Positions 18,354 to 27,988 of a stretch of DNA of 64,000 nt are shown piece by piece (within the stretch, counting starts at the first letter, position 1; every line of letters starts with the position of its first letter). Below the pieces are notes generated by a model that was not told where the DNA came from, made no database searches, and saw nothing but the letters and a program-made list of their open reading frames with translations. Origin of the DNA: Candidatus Moraniibacteriota bacterium (GTDB lineage: Bacteria; Patescibacteriota; Minisyncoccia; Moranbacterales; UBA1568). The stretch spans positions 208,315 to 272,314 of the forward strand of contig JAAXXG010000001.1 in the NCBI GenBank assembly GCA_013334575.1. Direction: 5' to 3'. The position numbers and the translations under genes are program-made.

Positions 18354-18992
18354 TTATTCTTCGACGGCCTTTCCCGCCGAATTCCCACGGCGAGATTCGT
18401 TCCGTTCCCGAAGAAGATGGTATACGCCCGGCAGGACCGAAATGACGATGATCGCAAGGACGATCGGCAACAGATAATGATCGATGTCCGGAATGGATGC
18501 GCCGAGGAAATAGCCGAGGAACGTGAGTCCTGCAGCCCAGATGACCGCGCCGATGACATTGTAAAGCATGAACTCGGAATACCCCATCCTCGCAACCCCG
18601 GCAAGGATCGCCGCGAACGTACGCACGACCGGAATGAACCGCGCGATCATGACCGTCTTGCCCCCGTACCGATTATAGAATCCTTCGGTCCGCACGACAT
18701 GCTCCTTTCGGAAGAACATGGAATCCTCCCGGGAGAAGAGCTTCGTACCGACACGACGTCCGAACTCGTACCCTGCCATGTTTCCGGCGACAGCGGCCAC
18801 GAACAGGACGAATGCCAGCAGTGCCGGATGAAAGAATCCCTGTGACGCCAGGAATCCCGCGACGAAGATGAGACTGTCCCCGGGAAGGAAGAACCCGAGA
18901 AAAAGCCCCGTCTCGGCAAAGACGATTCCGAACAATCCGACATATCCGACCGTCTTGATCACTTCGACCAGATCGACTCCGAAATATTCCAT
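18354..18992 (-). CDS. DedA/VTT family membrane protein
   Basis: FAETGLFLGFFLPGDSL, ARFIPVVRTF, YNVIGA; start set at MEYFG. Confidence 0.93.
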   Translation of the reverse strand: MEYFGVDLVEVIKTVGYVGLFGIVFAETGLFLGFFLPGDSLIFVAGFLASQGFFHPALLAFVLFVAAVAGNMAGYEFGRRVGTKLFSREDSMFFRKEHVVRTEGFYNRYGGKTVMIARFIPVVRTFAAILAGVARMGYSEFMLYNVIGAVIWAAGLTFLGYFLGASIPDIDHYLLPIVLAIIVISVLPGVYHLLRERNESRRGNSAGKAVEE

Positions 18993-19008
18993 AGGTATAT
19001 CTTTATAA

Positions 19009-21123
19009 TCACCCATCGACACGATCTCCGGCAAACTCGCGTTCCCGCAACTCGTCACGGAGCATGACCGAAAGTTTCGGTGTGATCATCTCGTTCTCGG
19101 TAAGCTCGTCGAGCTCCGCTTCCTCAGTCTTGAAAAGCCCCTTCCGGGCGAAGGCCTCGTTGATGGTCTCGAGCTCCTCCTTATGGGACTCGAACACGTC
19201 GTTCGCCTTCTCGGCCGCATGCCCGCGGAACTGCTTGTACTGGGAGATGACCTTCTCCAGGATAGCACGGTTCCCGAAGGTGTCGAATCCCGATCCCGAA
19301 AGGAACGACGAGAGATGGACGGTGACCTTCTTGGCGATGATCGACTGCGCACGATAGTATGCATATCGGTCGGCGACCGAGATTCCGGCAGACCTCTTCC
19401 CGAAAACGAGCTTCCGGAAGAATCCCACGAACTGCTCGATCCAGTCGTCACGGAACACCTCGTTGAGCGAAGCGATCTGGGTTTCGGCGTGTTCGACACG
19501 CTCCTGTTGTACGTCGAGTTTCGCAAGAATCCGCTTGAAGACCGGCTCGGTCACTTCTCCGTACCGGAAGAGAACCTTGAGGAAATGACGTTCTATACCG
19601 ACCGCATAGATGCGGAGCGCCTGCTCGGCACGCGCCGGATCGGACTCTGAAAAGAACTCCCGGCACCGCCCCTGCGATTCCTGGTACCCCGCGTCATGAT
19701 CCCTGCGCAGGACGTCGTAAACGCGCTGATCCACGTACCCGCGCTCGCGGAACCGGTCGAGCGCCGCGATGGCCTTCGTATGGATGAGCGACTTGGCCTG
19801 GTGATACTGGGCCTCCTCGAGCGCGTGCAGGCTTCCGACGCCAAGCCGGTTCATAAGCCGACTGATCGTCGTCGCCTTTATGAAGAGCGTGAAATAGACG
19901 CAACCGATGGTGAGCGCGGTCACGAACTCCTTGACCGAGAAGGTATAGTGCCAACCCGGCACCGTCGCGTCGTCCGGAATAAGCAGCACCATGATGACCG
20001 CGAGCGCCCCGCGAAGACTTCCCCACGAAAGCAGATGCTGCCAGCTCATAGGAATCTCCCGTTCCTTGCCGAGCCGGTTCAGAAACCCAACTACCGGATA
20101 GACGGAGACCGCCCGGCCGACCATGACCGCAAGGATCGTCAGGATGATGGGGACGAGGAACTGCTCGAACCGGATGGGAAGCGACGCGAACAGAAGTCCC
20201 ATGAGCAGAAAAACGAGCGAGTTCGAGACGAAGGCGAAATACCCCCAGAACTTTTCCATGTACTCCTCGACGCGCGGCGATATTTTGGCCCGACCATAGT
20301 TGCCGATCACCATGGCCGTCATGACCGTCGCGATGATGGAGGACAACCGGAACTCGATACCGAAGAAGTGCATATGTTCCGAAAGGACCTCGGAAAGCAG
20401 GAAGGTGAAGTGTGCCGAGAGCATGGTCAGTGTCACTTCCAGGTTCTCGTCGTCGGACACGAGACCGATCAACTTCGAGAAGAGCACGCCCATCAGAAGA
20501 CCGAACAGGACACCGCCCACGATCATTCCGAAAAACAGAAGCACCCCCTCGGCGATGGAACCGATACCGGAAAACCCCTTGAGAAGGACTTCCAGGACGA
20601 CCAGGAAGAGCGCGAACGAGGTTCCGTCATTGAAAAGGCTCTCACCTTCGAATAGGAGCGAAAGGCGCCTCGGCGCACCGTACTCCTTGAAGAGCGCCAG
20701 AACCGCCACCGGGTCCGTAGCCGATACAAGCGAACCGAAGAGGAGCGCGACGATGAACGGGATTTCGAAGCCGATGAATCGGAACAGGAAGAAGATCGCG
20801 ACCGCGATGAACGCCGCCGATACGACCAGACTGGCCACCGAAAGCCACGAGACCGCGCGCGCGTTGGCCGCAAGCTCGCGGATGTTCATGTTATACGCGG
20901 ACTCGAAGATAAGAATCGGCAGAAACACGAAGAAGAGCATCTCCGGCGTCAGGTCGAAATCCCTCAGGAAGGAAAGTGCGGGCAGATGGGTGACGGGCAC
21001 AAGCACTGTCCCGACCAGCACGAGAAGGACCGAGTACGGGACCCGGTATCGGCGCGAGACGGAATATACCGCGACGGAAACCAGCACCAAAGAGAAGAAC
21101 GCAAGAAACGGCTCTATCTGCAT
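19009..21123 (-). CDS. CPA1-family Na+/H+ antiporter
   Basis: FLPILIFESA, SATDPVAV, EGESLFNDG, WGSLRGAL; long cytoplasmic tail. Confidence 0.93.
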   Translation of the reverse strand: MQIEPFLAFFSLVLVSVAVYSVSRRYRVPYSVLLVLVGTVLVPVTHLPALSFLRDFDLTPEMLFFVFLPILIFESAYNMNIRELAANARAVSWLSVASLVVSAAFIAVAIFFLFRFIGFEIPFIVALLFGSLVSATDPVAVLALFKEYGAPRRLSLLFEGESLFNDGTSFALFLVVLEVLLKGFSGIGSIAEGVLLFFGMIVGGVLFGLLMGVLFSKLIGLVSDDENLEVTLTMLSAHFTFLLSEVLSEHMHFFGIEFRLSSIIATVMTAMVIGNYGRAKISPRVEEYMEKFWGYFAFVSNSLVFLLMGLLFASLPIRFEQFLVPIILTILAVMVGRAVSVYPVVGFLNRLGKEREIPMSWQHLLSWGSLRGALAVIMVLLIPDDATVPGWHYTFSVKEFVTALTIGCVYFTLFIKATTISRLMNRLGVGSLHALEEAQYHQAKSLIHTKAIAALDRFRERGYVDQRVYDVLRRDHDAGYQESQGRCREFFSESDPARAEQALRIYAVGIERHFLKVLFRYGEVTEPVFKRILAKLDVQQERVEHAETQIASLNEVFRDDWIEQFVGFFRKLVFGKRSAGISVADRYAYYRAQSIIAKKVTVHLSSFLSGSGFDTFGNRAILEKVISQYKQFRGHAAEKANDVFESHKEELETINEAFARKGLFKTEEAELDELTENEMITPKLSVMLRDELREREFAGDRVDG

Positions 21124-21229
21124 AGTCGATCATTCAATGAAAAGCCGCCGACGGAAACGTCAGCGACCGGCGGATCGCCGAAAGACACGGATATGATATG
21201 CCAGGGGTCCGACAGTGTCAACGGAATCG

Positions 21230-21255
21230 GAAAACGCCCCTCTCGGGGCGTTTTC
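21230..21255 (-). terminator. Terminator downstream of rplL
   Basis: GAAAACGCCCC-tctc-GGGGCGTTTTC. Confidence 0.75.
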
Positions 21256-21280
21256 GGGACATGCGGTCGGAATGAAAATA

Positions 21281-21688
21281 CTACTTGAGGGTCACGGTCG
21301 CGCCGGCCGCCTCGAGCTTCTTCTTCATCTCCTCGGCTTCCGCCTTGGCGACCTTCTCCTTGATCACCTTCGGTGCGCCGTCGACGAGATCCTTCGCCTC
21401 CTTGAGACCGAGGCCCGTCACCTCACGGACCGTCTTGATCACGTTGATCTTCTGGTCACCCGCCGCGACGAGCTCGACATCGAAGTCGGTCTTCTCCTCG
21501 GCCGCTTCGGCCGCACCGCCAGCAGCCGGCATGGCACCCATCATGACGGGAGCCGCCGCCGACACGCCGAACTTCTCCTCGAGCACCGAAACGAGCTCGG
21601 AAAGATCGAGCACGCTCATCTTTTCGATCTCCTCGACGAGCTTCGCGAACTTCTCCGGCACCACCACTTCCTTCTTCTCCTCGGACAT
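21281..21688 (-). CDS. rplL: 50S ribosomal protein L7/L12
   Basis: [41 protein letters not shown]. Confidence 0.98.
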   Translation of the reverse strand: MSEEKKEVVVPEKFAKLVEEIEKMSVLDLSELVSVLEEKFGVSAAAPVMMGAMPAAGGAAEAAEEKTDFDVELVAAGDQKINVIKTVREVTGLGLKEAKDLVDGAPKVIKEKVAKAEAEEMKKKLEAAGATVTLK

Positions 21689-21742
21689 AGTCTTCTTCTT
21701 ACCTGATTACCGACTGATTATGATACCGACAACCGAAAAAAC

Positions 21743-22264
21743 CTACTTCCGACTCTCCGCCACGGCGCCCAGCACCCGGACGAATCCGCCGTACGTACCG
21801 GACAGGGCCCGTACGAACGAGGATACCGGAGCCTGAAGCGTTCCCGCGAGGCGGGCCCGCATCTCGTCCTTCGACGGGAGTTTCGCGAGAGCGTTCACCT
21901 CCGCCGCCGAAAGGGACTTCCCCTCGAGAGCTCCGCCGACGATCGAGAGCTTCACCTCTTTGTTCACCTTCACGAAGTCGGCGATCGTCTTGGCAGCCGA
22001 GACCTCGTCCGGAGCGAACGCGACGCCGATCTGCCCCTCGAGCTTCCGGGCATCCACCTCGATTCCCGCCTCGCGAAGCGCGATGTCGAGAATAGTCTTC
22101 TTGAGGATCTTGAAACGCGATCCACCTTTGCGAAGCTCCCCGCGAAGCGCGGAAAGCTGCTTTACGGTCACACCCTTGTAGTCAGAAAAGACGAGCGACT
22201 TCGCCGCTTTCGCCTCCGTCACGACTTCCGAAAGGAGTGCTTCCTTTTCTGTCCTTCTCATCAT
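21743..22264 (-). CDS. rplJ: 50S ribosomal protein L10
   Basis: DYKGVTV.QL..LR, KKT, LAKLPSK; directly upstream of rplL. Confidence 0.96.
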   Translation of the reverse strand: MMRRTEKEALLSEVVTEAKAAKSLVFSDYKGVTVKQLSALRGELRKGGSRFKILKKTILDIALREAGIEVDARKLEGQIGVAFAPDEVSAAKTIADFVKVNKEVKLSIVGGALEGKSLSAAEVNALAKLPSKDEMRARLAGTLQAPVSSFVRALSGTYGGFVRVLGAVAESRK

Positions 22265-22277
22265 AGGCCTTTCCGAT

Positions 22278-22376
22278 AAAAAATCCGCGGACGAGCCGCA
22301 GACAAGGAGTCCCCGAAACGGGGCGACATCCTCGTGAGGACTTCCGCAGGTTTCCCTGCCGCCTCATGTCTACGGA
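22278..22376 (-). promoter_or_regulatory. L10 ribosomal protein leader (autoregulatory RNA)
   Basis: Minus strand CCGTAGACATGAGG...CCTCACGAGG...CCTTGTCTGCGG followed by a hairpin and U-run, upstream of rplJ; resembles known L10 leader architecture. Confidence 0.7.
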
Positions 22377-22401
22377 ATCGATATCGCTTTTATATGGGCC
22401 G

Positions 22402-22430
22402 AGTATAGCGCCGTCGGCCCCCGCTGTCAA
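22402..22430 (-). promoter_or_regulatory. sigma70 promoter of rplJL
   Basis: TTGACA-17-TATACT on minus strand. Confidence 0.75.
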
Positions 22431-22433
22431 CCG

Positions 22434-22772
22434 CTACTCCGCCGCAGAGGTCTCTTCCGCCTTCGCTTCACCGGACTCGGACGGAGCCTCCTCTTCCTTC
22501 TTCACCGGGCGAGGCATCTTGATCGCCGACTTCTTGCCCTCGATGACTCCCTGGGAAACGAGCAGGTTGCGGACCGAATCGGACGGCTGTGCACCGACGC
22601 CGATCCAGTGCAGGATGCGCTCGCGCTTCAGGACCGTAGTCTTGGAATGGGGGTCGTGGCTTCCGAGCACCTCTACATGCCGATGATTCGGCGCTTTGGC
22701 GCTTTCCTGGAGAACGATACGGAACGACGCGCGATTCTTCTTGCCGGTACGGTTGAAACGGATGGTGAGCAT
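22434..22772 (-). CDS. rpsP: 30S ribosomal protein S16
   Basis: MLTIRFNRTGKKN..SFRIV, EVLGSHDP, W...GAQPSDSV. Confidence 0.95.
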   Translation of the reverse strand: MLTIRFNRTGKKNRASFRIVLQESAKAPNHRHVEVLGSHDPHSKTTVLKRERILHWIGVGAQPSDSVRNLLVSQGVIEGKKSAIKMPRPVKKEEEAPSESGEAKAEETSAAE

Positions 22773-22840
22773 ACGGGGAGAAAAACAAAAAAGACGGTCA
22801 CGACTATCGGAAATCATCATACCGCGACTCGAAAACCCTG

Positions 22841-25138
22841 TCAAGAAGCGGTTTTCTTCCCGGCGCCGCGGAACTTCTCGATATCCTCGAGATGGAGCGA
22901 GAGGATCTGAGACGATCCGTCGTCTCCCATCGTAACCCCGTACAGAAGGCTTGCCTGACGCATCGTCTCGCGGTTGTGCGTGATGACGATGAACTGCGTC
23001 CGCTCCGAAAGTTCCGAGAGAACCTTCCCGAAACGGCGGGAATTCGCCTCATCGAGAGCGGCTTCGACTTCGTCAAGAACGGCAAACGGCGGCGGATTAT
23101 GCGAGATGATGGCGAACAGGAGCGCTAGCGAGGTCAGGGAACGCTCACCGCCCGAAAGCATCGAAAGGTTGGAGATCCGCTTCCCGGGTGGACACGCCGT
23201 GATCTCGATCCCGGCCGCCTCCTGCGAAGCGACATCCTCCCCGTCCGCCGGCTCGCCGTCATCGTCAACTCGGACCGTTTTCCGTTTCGGAGCGATCCGA
23301 ACGAGTTCGGCCTTGCCGCCGTTGAAGATGAGAGAGAAATAATGGCTGAATTTTCTGGCTATCTCGTCGAAGGCCGCGGAGAACTCCTTCTCGATGCGCT
23401 CGTCCATCTCGCGGATGACCTCCTCGAGCGAGGCCATGGCTTTCCTGAGATCTTCGGACTCCGTCGAAAGGAACGTAAAACGCTTCTCAGTCTCCTCGTA
23501 TTCCTGCGCGACCAGCGGATCGATGGCTCCGATACGTTCCGCCTCCCCCTTAAGCCGGATAATCTCACGCATGAGCGCATCGCGGTCGCGGGGATTCCCA
23601 TCCCAGGCGAGATCCCGCACGTCGACCGACAGTTCCTCGCGCACCTCGTTCACCAGGTCTTCCTCGCGCACCTCGATCCGAGCCAATCGGACCTTCACGT
23701 CGTTCAGACGGTCCTTCGCGGCGGACAGCTCCCGTTCCTTGTCCCGAACCTGCCTCTCGAGCAGAAAATACCGTTCACGCGCCTCGCGTCCCTTCTCCCG
23801 TTCGGCCCGGATCCGTTCCTCGGCCGCCGCGATATCGGCACGGAGCGCTTCCATTCTTTCGGAACTTTCCTTCTGCTCCTTTCGGAACGCGGCAATCCTC
23901 GAATCGCTTTGACGCTTCTCATCCTCGGGAAGAGAGATGGTCACCTTCTCGGTCACCTTCCCCGCCTCGACCTTGGTATCGAGATCGACCACCTCCTGAC
24001 CGATGGCACGGGCGAACTCGCGGATATCCTGTATGTCCTCGAGCCGTTCGACGTTGCCGAGACGTTCGAACAGGCTCCGCTGGTTCGCGCCGATGCGTTC
24101 GAGGGACTTGCGGATATATCCGAGGTCGACCGGAATGGTACGCACTTCCTCGCGGTCCTTCTGCCGGTCGAGCTCCGCCTCGATCCTGCCGGAAAGGATA
24201 GCCGCATCGCGTTCGAGCGCGTTCAGCTCACCGCGGGATTTCGCGATATCCTGGGAGACCGAATCCGCACTCCCCCCGTCCTCGAGCGTCTTCGCCAGTC
24301 CCGCCGCCTCGTCACGGAGCGTGTCCGTCTCACGCTCGAGTGACGCCGCCCGACGAGCCAGATCCTCGCGTTCTTCCGAGAGTCCCCCACGCTCCCCTTG
24401 AAAGGAATGCCAGAGATATCCGTACAGTTCGGTCTGCTTCGCGAGCAGCCGTTCGGCGACATCCTTCCCCTGGGAAAATCGCTCCGCCTGCCGACGGAGA
24501 ATCCGAAGGTGCGGTTCGATTTCGACCAGAAGCGCGTCGACACGGGACAGATTCTCCTTCGTCGACTCGAGCTTCCGTACCGCACGCTCCTTCTGGATCT
24601 GATACTGCTTCACGCCCGCGGCGTCCTCGAAAATCGCGCGCCGTTCGACCGGCGTCGCCGAGAGCGTCGCGTCGCTCATGCCCTGCGTGATGACGCAGTA
24701 GCTGTCCTTACCGATGCCGGACTTCGCCAGAAGGTCGACGATATCGAGCAACCTAACCTTCGCGCCGTTTATCAGGAACTCACTCTCGCCGCTTCGGTGA
24801 AGTTTCCGTCGAATGGCGACCTCCTCGTATTCGATCGGGATACGATGATCGCGATTCTCGAAATGAAGCGTCACCGAGGCGCTTCCCACCTTTCCCCGCT
24901 TCGCGGTCCCGCCGAAAATCACGTCCTCGGACTTCTTGCCGCGGAGATTCTTGGATGACTGCTCGCCGATCGCCCAACGGATCGCGTCGGCGACGTTGGA
25001 CTTGCCGGACCCGTTCGGTCCGACGATCGCGGTAATACCGAGACGGCGCTCGGCCCCCTCGCCGTCCGGCGAAAAATCGAGGACCGTACGGTCCGCGAAC
25101 GACTTGAATCCGGAAATTTCGACTTTACGGAGAAACAC
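22841..25138 (-). CDS. smc: SMC-family chromosome segregation ATPase, short form (765 aa)
   Basis: GFKSF, IVGPNGSGKSN, LRG..SEDVIF, LSGGE, LDEVEAALDEAN, ITH; GTG start; downstream of rnc. Confidence 0.88.
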   Translation of the reverse strand: MFLRKVEISGFKSFADRTVLDFSPDGEGAERRLGITAIVGPNGSGKSNVADAIRWAIGEQSSKNLRGKKSEDVIFGGTAKRGKVGSASVTLHFENRDHRIPIEYEEVAIRRKLHRSGESEFLINGAKVRLLDIVDLLAKSGIGKDSYCVITQGMSDATLSATPVERRAIFEDAAGVKQYQIQKERAVRKLESTKENLSRVDALLVEIEPHLRILRRQAERFSQGKDVAERLLAKQTELYGYLWHSFQGERGGLSEEREDLARRAASLERETDTLRDEAAGLAKTLEDGGSADSVSQDIAKSRGELNALERDAAILSGRIEAELDRQKDREEVRTIPVDLGYIRKSLERIGANQRSLFERLGNVERLEDIQDIREFARAIGQEVVDLDTKVEAGKVTEKVTISLPEDEKRQSDSRIAAFRKEQKESSERMEALRADIAAAEERIRAEREKGREARERYFLLERQVRDKERELSAAKDRLNDVKVRLARIEVREEDLVNEVREELSVDVRDLAWDGNPRDRDALMREIIRLKGEAERIGAIDPLVAQEYEETEKRFTFLSTESEDLRKAMASLEEVIREMDERIEKEFSAAFDEIARKFSHYFSLIFNGGKAELVRIAPKRKTVRVDDDGEPADGEDVASQEAAGIEITACPPGKRISNLSMLSGGERSLTSLALLFAIISHNPPPFAVLDEVEAALDEANSRRFGKVLSELSERTQFIVITHNRETMRQASLLYGVTMGDDGSSQILSLHLEDIEKFRGAGKKTAS

Positions 25139-25309
25139 GGATGAGAATCGAAAAATTACGAGGAAGGCTTCGAAATACGGAAATGGACGCCGTCATCCCG
25201 CTTCAATCACAGTATACCAGAAAGAATCCGAAGCCTCCAGAAAAGCAAAAAAACGAGGCTTTCACCCCGTTACCGCCTTCCGTTTCAGGATCAGAAAATC
25301 CGAATACGC

Positions 25310-26008
25310 TTATCCCCAGCCCTTCGCGGCGATGGCCGCGGCGGCAGCGGCACGCTGAGCCTCCTGTTTGGACGCGCCCTCGCCCTCGGCGACGAGTGTC
25401 TCGTTCAGGAAGACTCCGGCCGTAAAATGTCGATCATGATCGGGCCCCCATTCCTTGAGCACCCGGTACGACGGGGTGATGCCGGTCTTCTCCTGGGAGA
25501 GTTCCTGGAACCGGCTCTTGGGATCGGTATGCAGCCCCGCCTCGATGACGCGCGGGAGTTCGGAAATCACATTGCGCTCGATGAAGACCCGGGCAGCCCC
25601 GTATCCCTGATCGAGATAGAGCGCTCCGATGACCGCCTCGATCGCGTTGGCGAGCAGCCACATGCGCGCACGACCGGTATCCTTGGCCTCCCCCCTGCTC
25701 ATGAGCAGGAAATCCCCGAGCCCAAGTCTGCCGGCGATCTCGGCGAGAATCTCTCCGTTGACGATCGATGCCCGGAAACTTGTCAGTTCCCCCTCCGGAT
25801 TCGGATAGTGACGGTACAGGTAATCGGTCACGACCAGCTCCAAAACCGCATCGCCGAGAAACTCGAGACGCTCGTTATGGTCGAGCCGGTATCCGCGGTG
25901 TTCGTTGAGATATGAACGATGAGTGACGGATTCCTGAAACAGGTCGGCATCGATGACTTCGATCCCGAGCGCCTCCGAGAACCGTTTCGCGTCGAATTCC
26001 GTATTCAT
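25310..26008 (-). CDS. rnc: Ribonuclease III
   Basis: THRSY, NERLEFLGDAVL signature, dsRBD (DPKS.FQE, GPDH...F). Confidence 0.97.
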   Translation of the reverse strand: MNTEFDAKRFSEALGIEVIDADLFQESVTHRSYLNEHRGYRLDHNERLEFLGDAVLELVVTDYLYRHYPNPEGELTSFRASIVNGEILAEIAGRLGLGDFLLMSRGEAKDTGRARMWLLANAIEAVIGALYLDQGYGAARVFIERNVISELPRVIEAGLHTDPKSRFQELSQEKTGITPSYRVLKEWGPDHDRHFTAGVFLNETLVAEGEGASKQEAQRAAAAAAIAAKGWG

Positions 26009-26029
26009 ACCGAGAATCTCTCAGAAGAT

Positions 26030-26602
26030 TCAGTCCTGCGCCGCTTCCTTTTCGGAAGCCGAATCCACCTCGGCGGACACACCGCCCTCGGCCGCGCCTC
26101 CCGCTCCCACGGACTCCGCTTCCTCCCGAAGGCTATCCACACGCGCCTTTCGCTTTTCCGAGGAATCGTCCTTCATCGGCTCTCCCATCTCACGATAGAT
26201 GGTACCAAGCACGCCGTTGACGAACTTCGGCGAGCTGTCGGAACCGAACGACTTCGCGAGTTCGATAGATTCGTTGATAGCGACCTTCGGCGGCACCTCA
26301 TCGTAGTCACCGTAGAGGAGTTCGAAGATACCGAGCCGGAGTATCGTCCGGTCGACCGAAGCGATCTGCTCGAGCGGCCATTCAGGCGCGCACTTCTCTA
26401 TAAGCCGGTCTATAGTCGCCTGTTCCTTGACGACACCCTCCGTGAGGCGCGATGCGAATCCGCCACCGCCCTCGAGCCCGGGAGCGAACTCGTCCAGGTT
26501 ATGCTTCACGATATCCATGATGACATCGTTCGGATACCCCTTGAAATCCCATTCGTAGAGGGACTGCATCGCTACGGAACGCTGAAGGTGTCGGTTCGCC
26601 AT
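26030..26602 (-). CDS. nusB: Transcription antitermination factor NusB
   Basis: [36 protein letters not shown]. Confidence 0.96.
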   Translation of the reverse strand: MANRHLQRSVAMQSLYEWDFKGYPNDVIMDIVKHNLDEFAPGLEGGGGFASRLTEGVVKEQATIDRLIEKCAPEWPLEQIASVDRTILRLGIFELLYGDYDEVPPKVAINESIELAKSFGSDSSPKFVNGVLGTIYREMGEPMKDDSSEKRKARVDSLREEAESVGAGGAAEGGVSAEVDSASEKEAAQD

Positions 26603-26661
26603 ACGGAAGGGACGGTTAGCCTCTTGTTAGTGTTTTTTCGAAAAACGAGTGTCGGGACAGG

Positions 26662-26877
26662 CTACTCCGCCTGCTTCTTTGACTTCCTTCCGAGTGTCGG
26701 AAGAGACTTCTTGACGACGGCGCGACCACGGTACTCCCCGCACTTCTGACAAGCGCGATGAGGAACGACTGGTGTACCGCACTTCGGACAAGAAACGGTC
26801 TGAGTCGGGGTCATTTCGAGCTCTCGACGCGCGCGATCGCGACGGTGTCTCGTGTGTCTCTGCTTCGGCAGTGCCAT
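26662..26877 (-). CDS. rpmF: 50S ribosomal protein L32
   Basis: MALPKQRHT...RR, CPKCG..PHRAC..CG.Y.GR. Confidence 0.94.
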   Translation of the reverse strand: MALPKQRHTRHRRDRARRELEMTPTQTVSCPKCGTPVVPHRACQKCGEYRGRAVVKKSLPTLGRKSKKQAE

Positions 26878-26986
26878 AACGGGAACGAAAATGATAAACG
26901 CGGGCTCTCGGCCCTTTCGAAAATAAAGTACCATCCGTCGGCCATCTTGGCAAGCGTCGGAATGGAATGCGTGACTGGGAGGCGTG

Positions 26987-27856
26987 CTATGACGACATTC
27001 CGGGAAGCGTGCGGTCCGAATCGGGTCCGTACCCCTTCATGAATCCGTCCAGGATCGAAAGGAGCCGCCTCGTGACCGGACCGACCTCGCCGGAACCGAT
27101 GGAAAGCGCATTTACCTGGGTTATCGGGACGATCATCTTGTTTGATGCCGTCAGGAACGCTTCGTCGCAGGACCGGAGATCGTCTTCGAACAGGCCATGC
27201 TCGCGGACCGGTATTCCGGCACCCTTCGCCAGCCGTACGACGAGATCGCGCGTGATTCCGGAACGCGGCCCGTGACCGGTCGTCCGGATCTCCCCGTCCT
27301 TGACGATGAAGAAGTTGCTCGTCGACGCCTCGAGGATGCGCCCGCCATGCACATATAGGATTTCCACCGCGCCTTCGGCGAGTTTCCGCTCGCGCTCCCG
27401 GACCGGAACGATGAAGTCGGCCGTCCGCGAACTCGGCAACGTCCGGCGGTATCCGAGCGTGATGACCTTACCCCCTTTCTCGTAGAGCTCCCGGGGCAGC
27501 GGTGCGGTCTCTTCCACCATCATACAGAACGTCTCGTTTCCTTCCGGAAGAAACCCGTTCCCGCTGGGACCGCCGGAAAGCACGGTCCGGACGATCATAG
27601 TCTCGTAGTCATGTCGGCGGATGAGGTCCCTGGCGATGTCATGTGCCTCGTCGGATGCGACCGGAGGCGTAAGCCCGAGGTCAGCCGCGGACCGCTCGAA
27701 CCGCTTCCAATGATCCTCGAAGAGAAACGGTTCGCCGTTGACAACCGGCATCACGTCGTAAACGGCATAGCCTCTCAGAAAGCCGAGGTCGCGCGGACTG
27801 ATGACGACCTCATCGAGCGATACGGTCTTCCCGTTGAAATGGCAGTATTCCGCCAT
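26987..27856 (-). CDS. Class IV PLP aminotransferase-family protein
   Basis: DLGFLRGYAVYD, H..RF..SA, EASTSNFF, GITR, DEAFLTAS, GPVT. Confidence 0.85.
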   Translation of the reverse strand: MAEYCHFNGKTVSLDEVVISPRDLGFLRGYAVYDVMPVVNGEPFLFEDHWKRFERSAADLGLTPPVASDEAHDIARDLIRRHDYETMIVRTVLSGGPSGNGFLPEGNETFCMMVEETAPLPRELYEKGGKVITLGYRRTLPSSRTADFIVPVRERERKLAEGAVEILYVHGGRILEASTSNFFIVKDGEIRTTGHGPRSGITRDLVVRLAKGAGIPVREHGLFEDDLRSCDEAFLTASNKMIVPITQVNALSIGSGEVGPVTRRLLSILDGFMKGYGPDSDRTLPGMSS

Positions 27857-27988
27857 ATGGTTCCGTTACGGATGAACACTCCGATATGCGTCCAAGATAG
27901 ACCCAATTCCGCACATGGGAGCCGGAATAGGCCTTCAAACCGATTCCGGTCGGTCATTATACGTACAAAACGGGAAAAAAGGAAAGGG

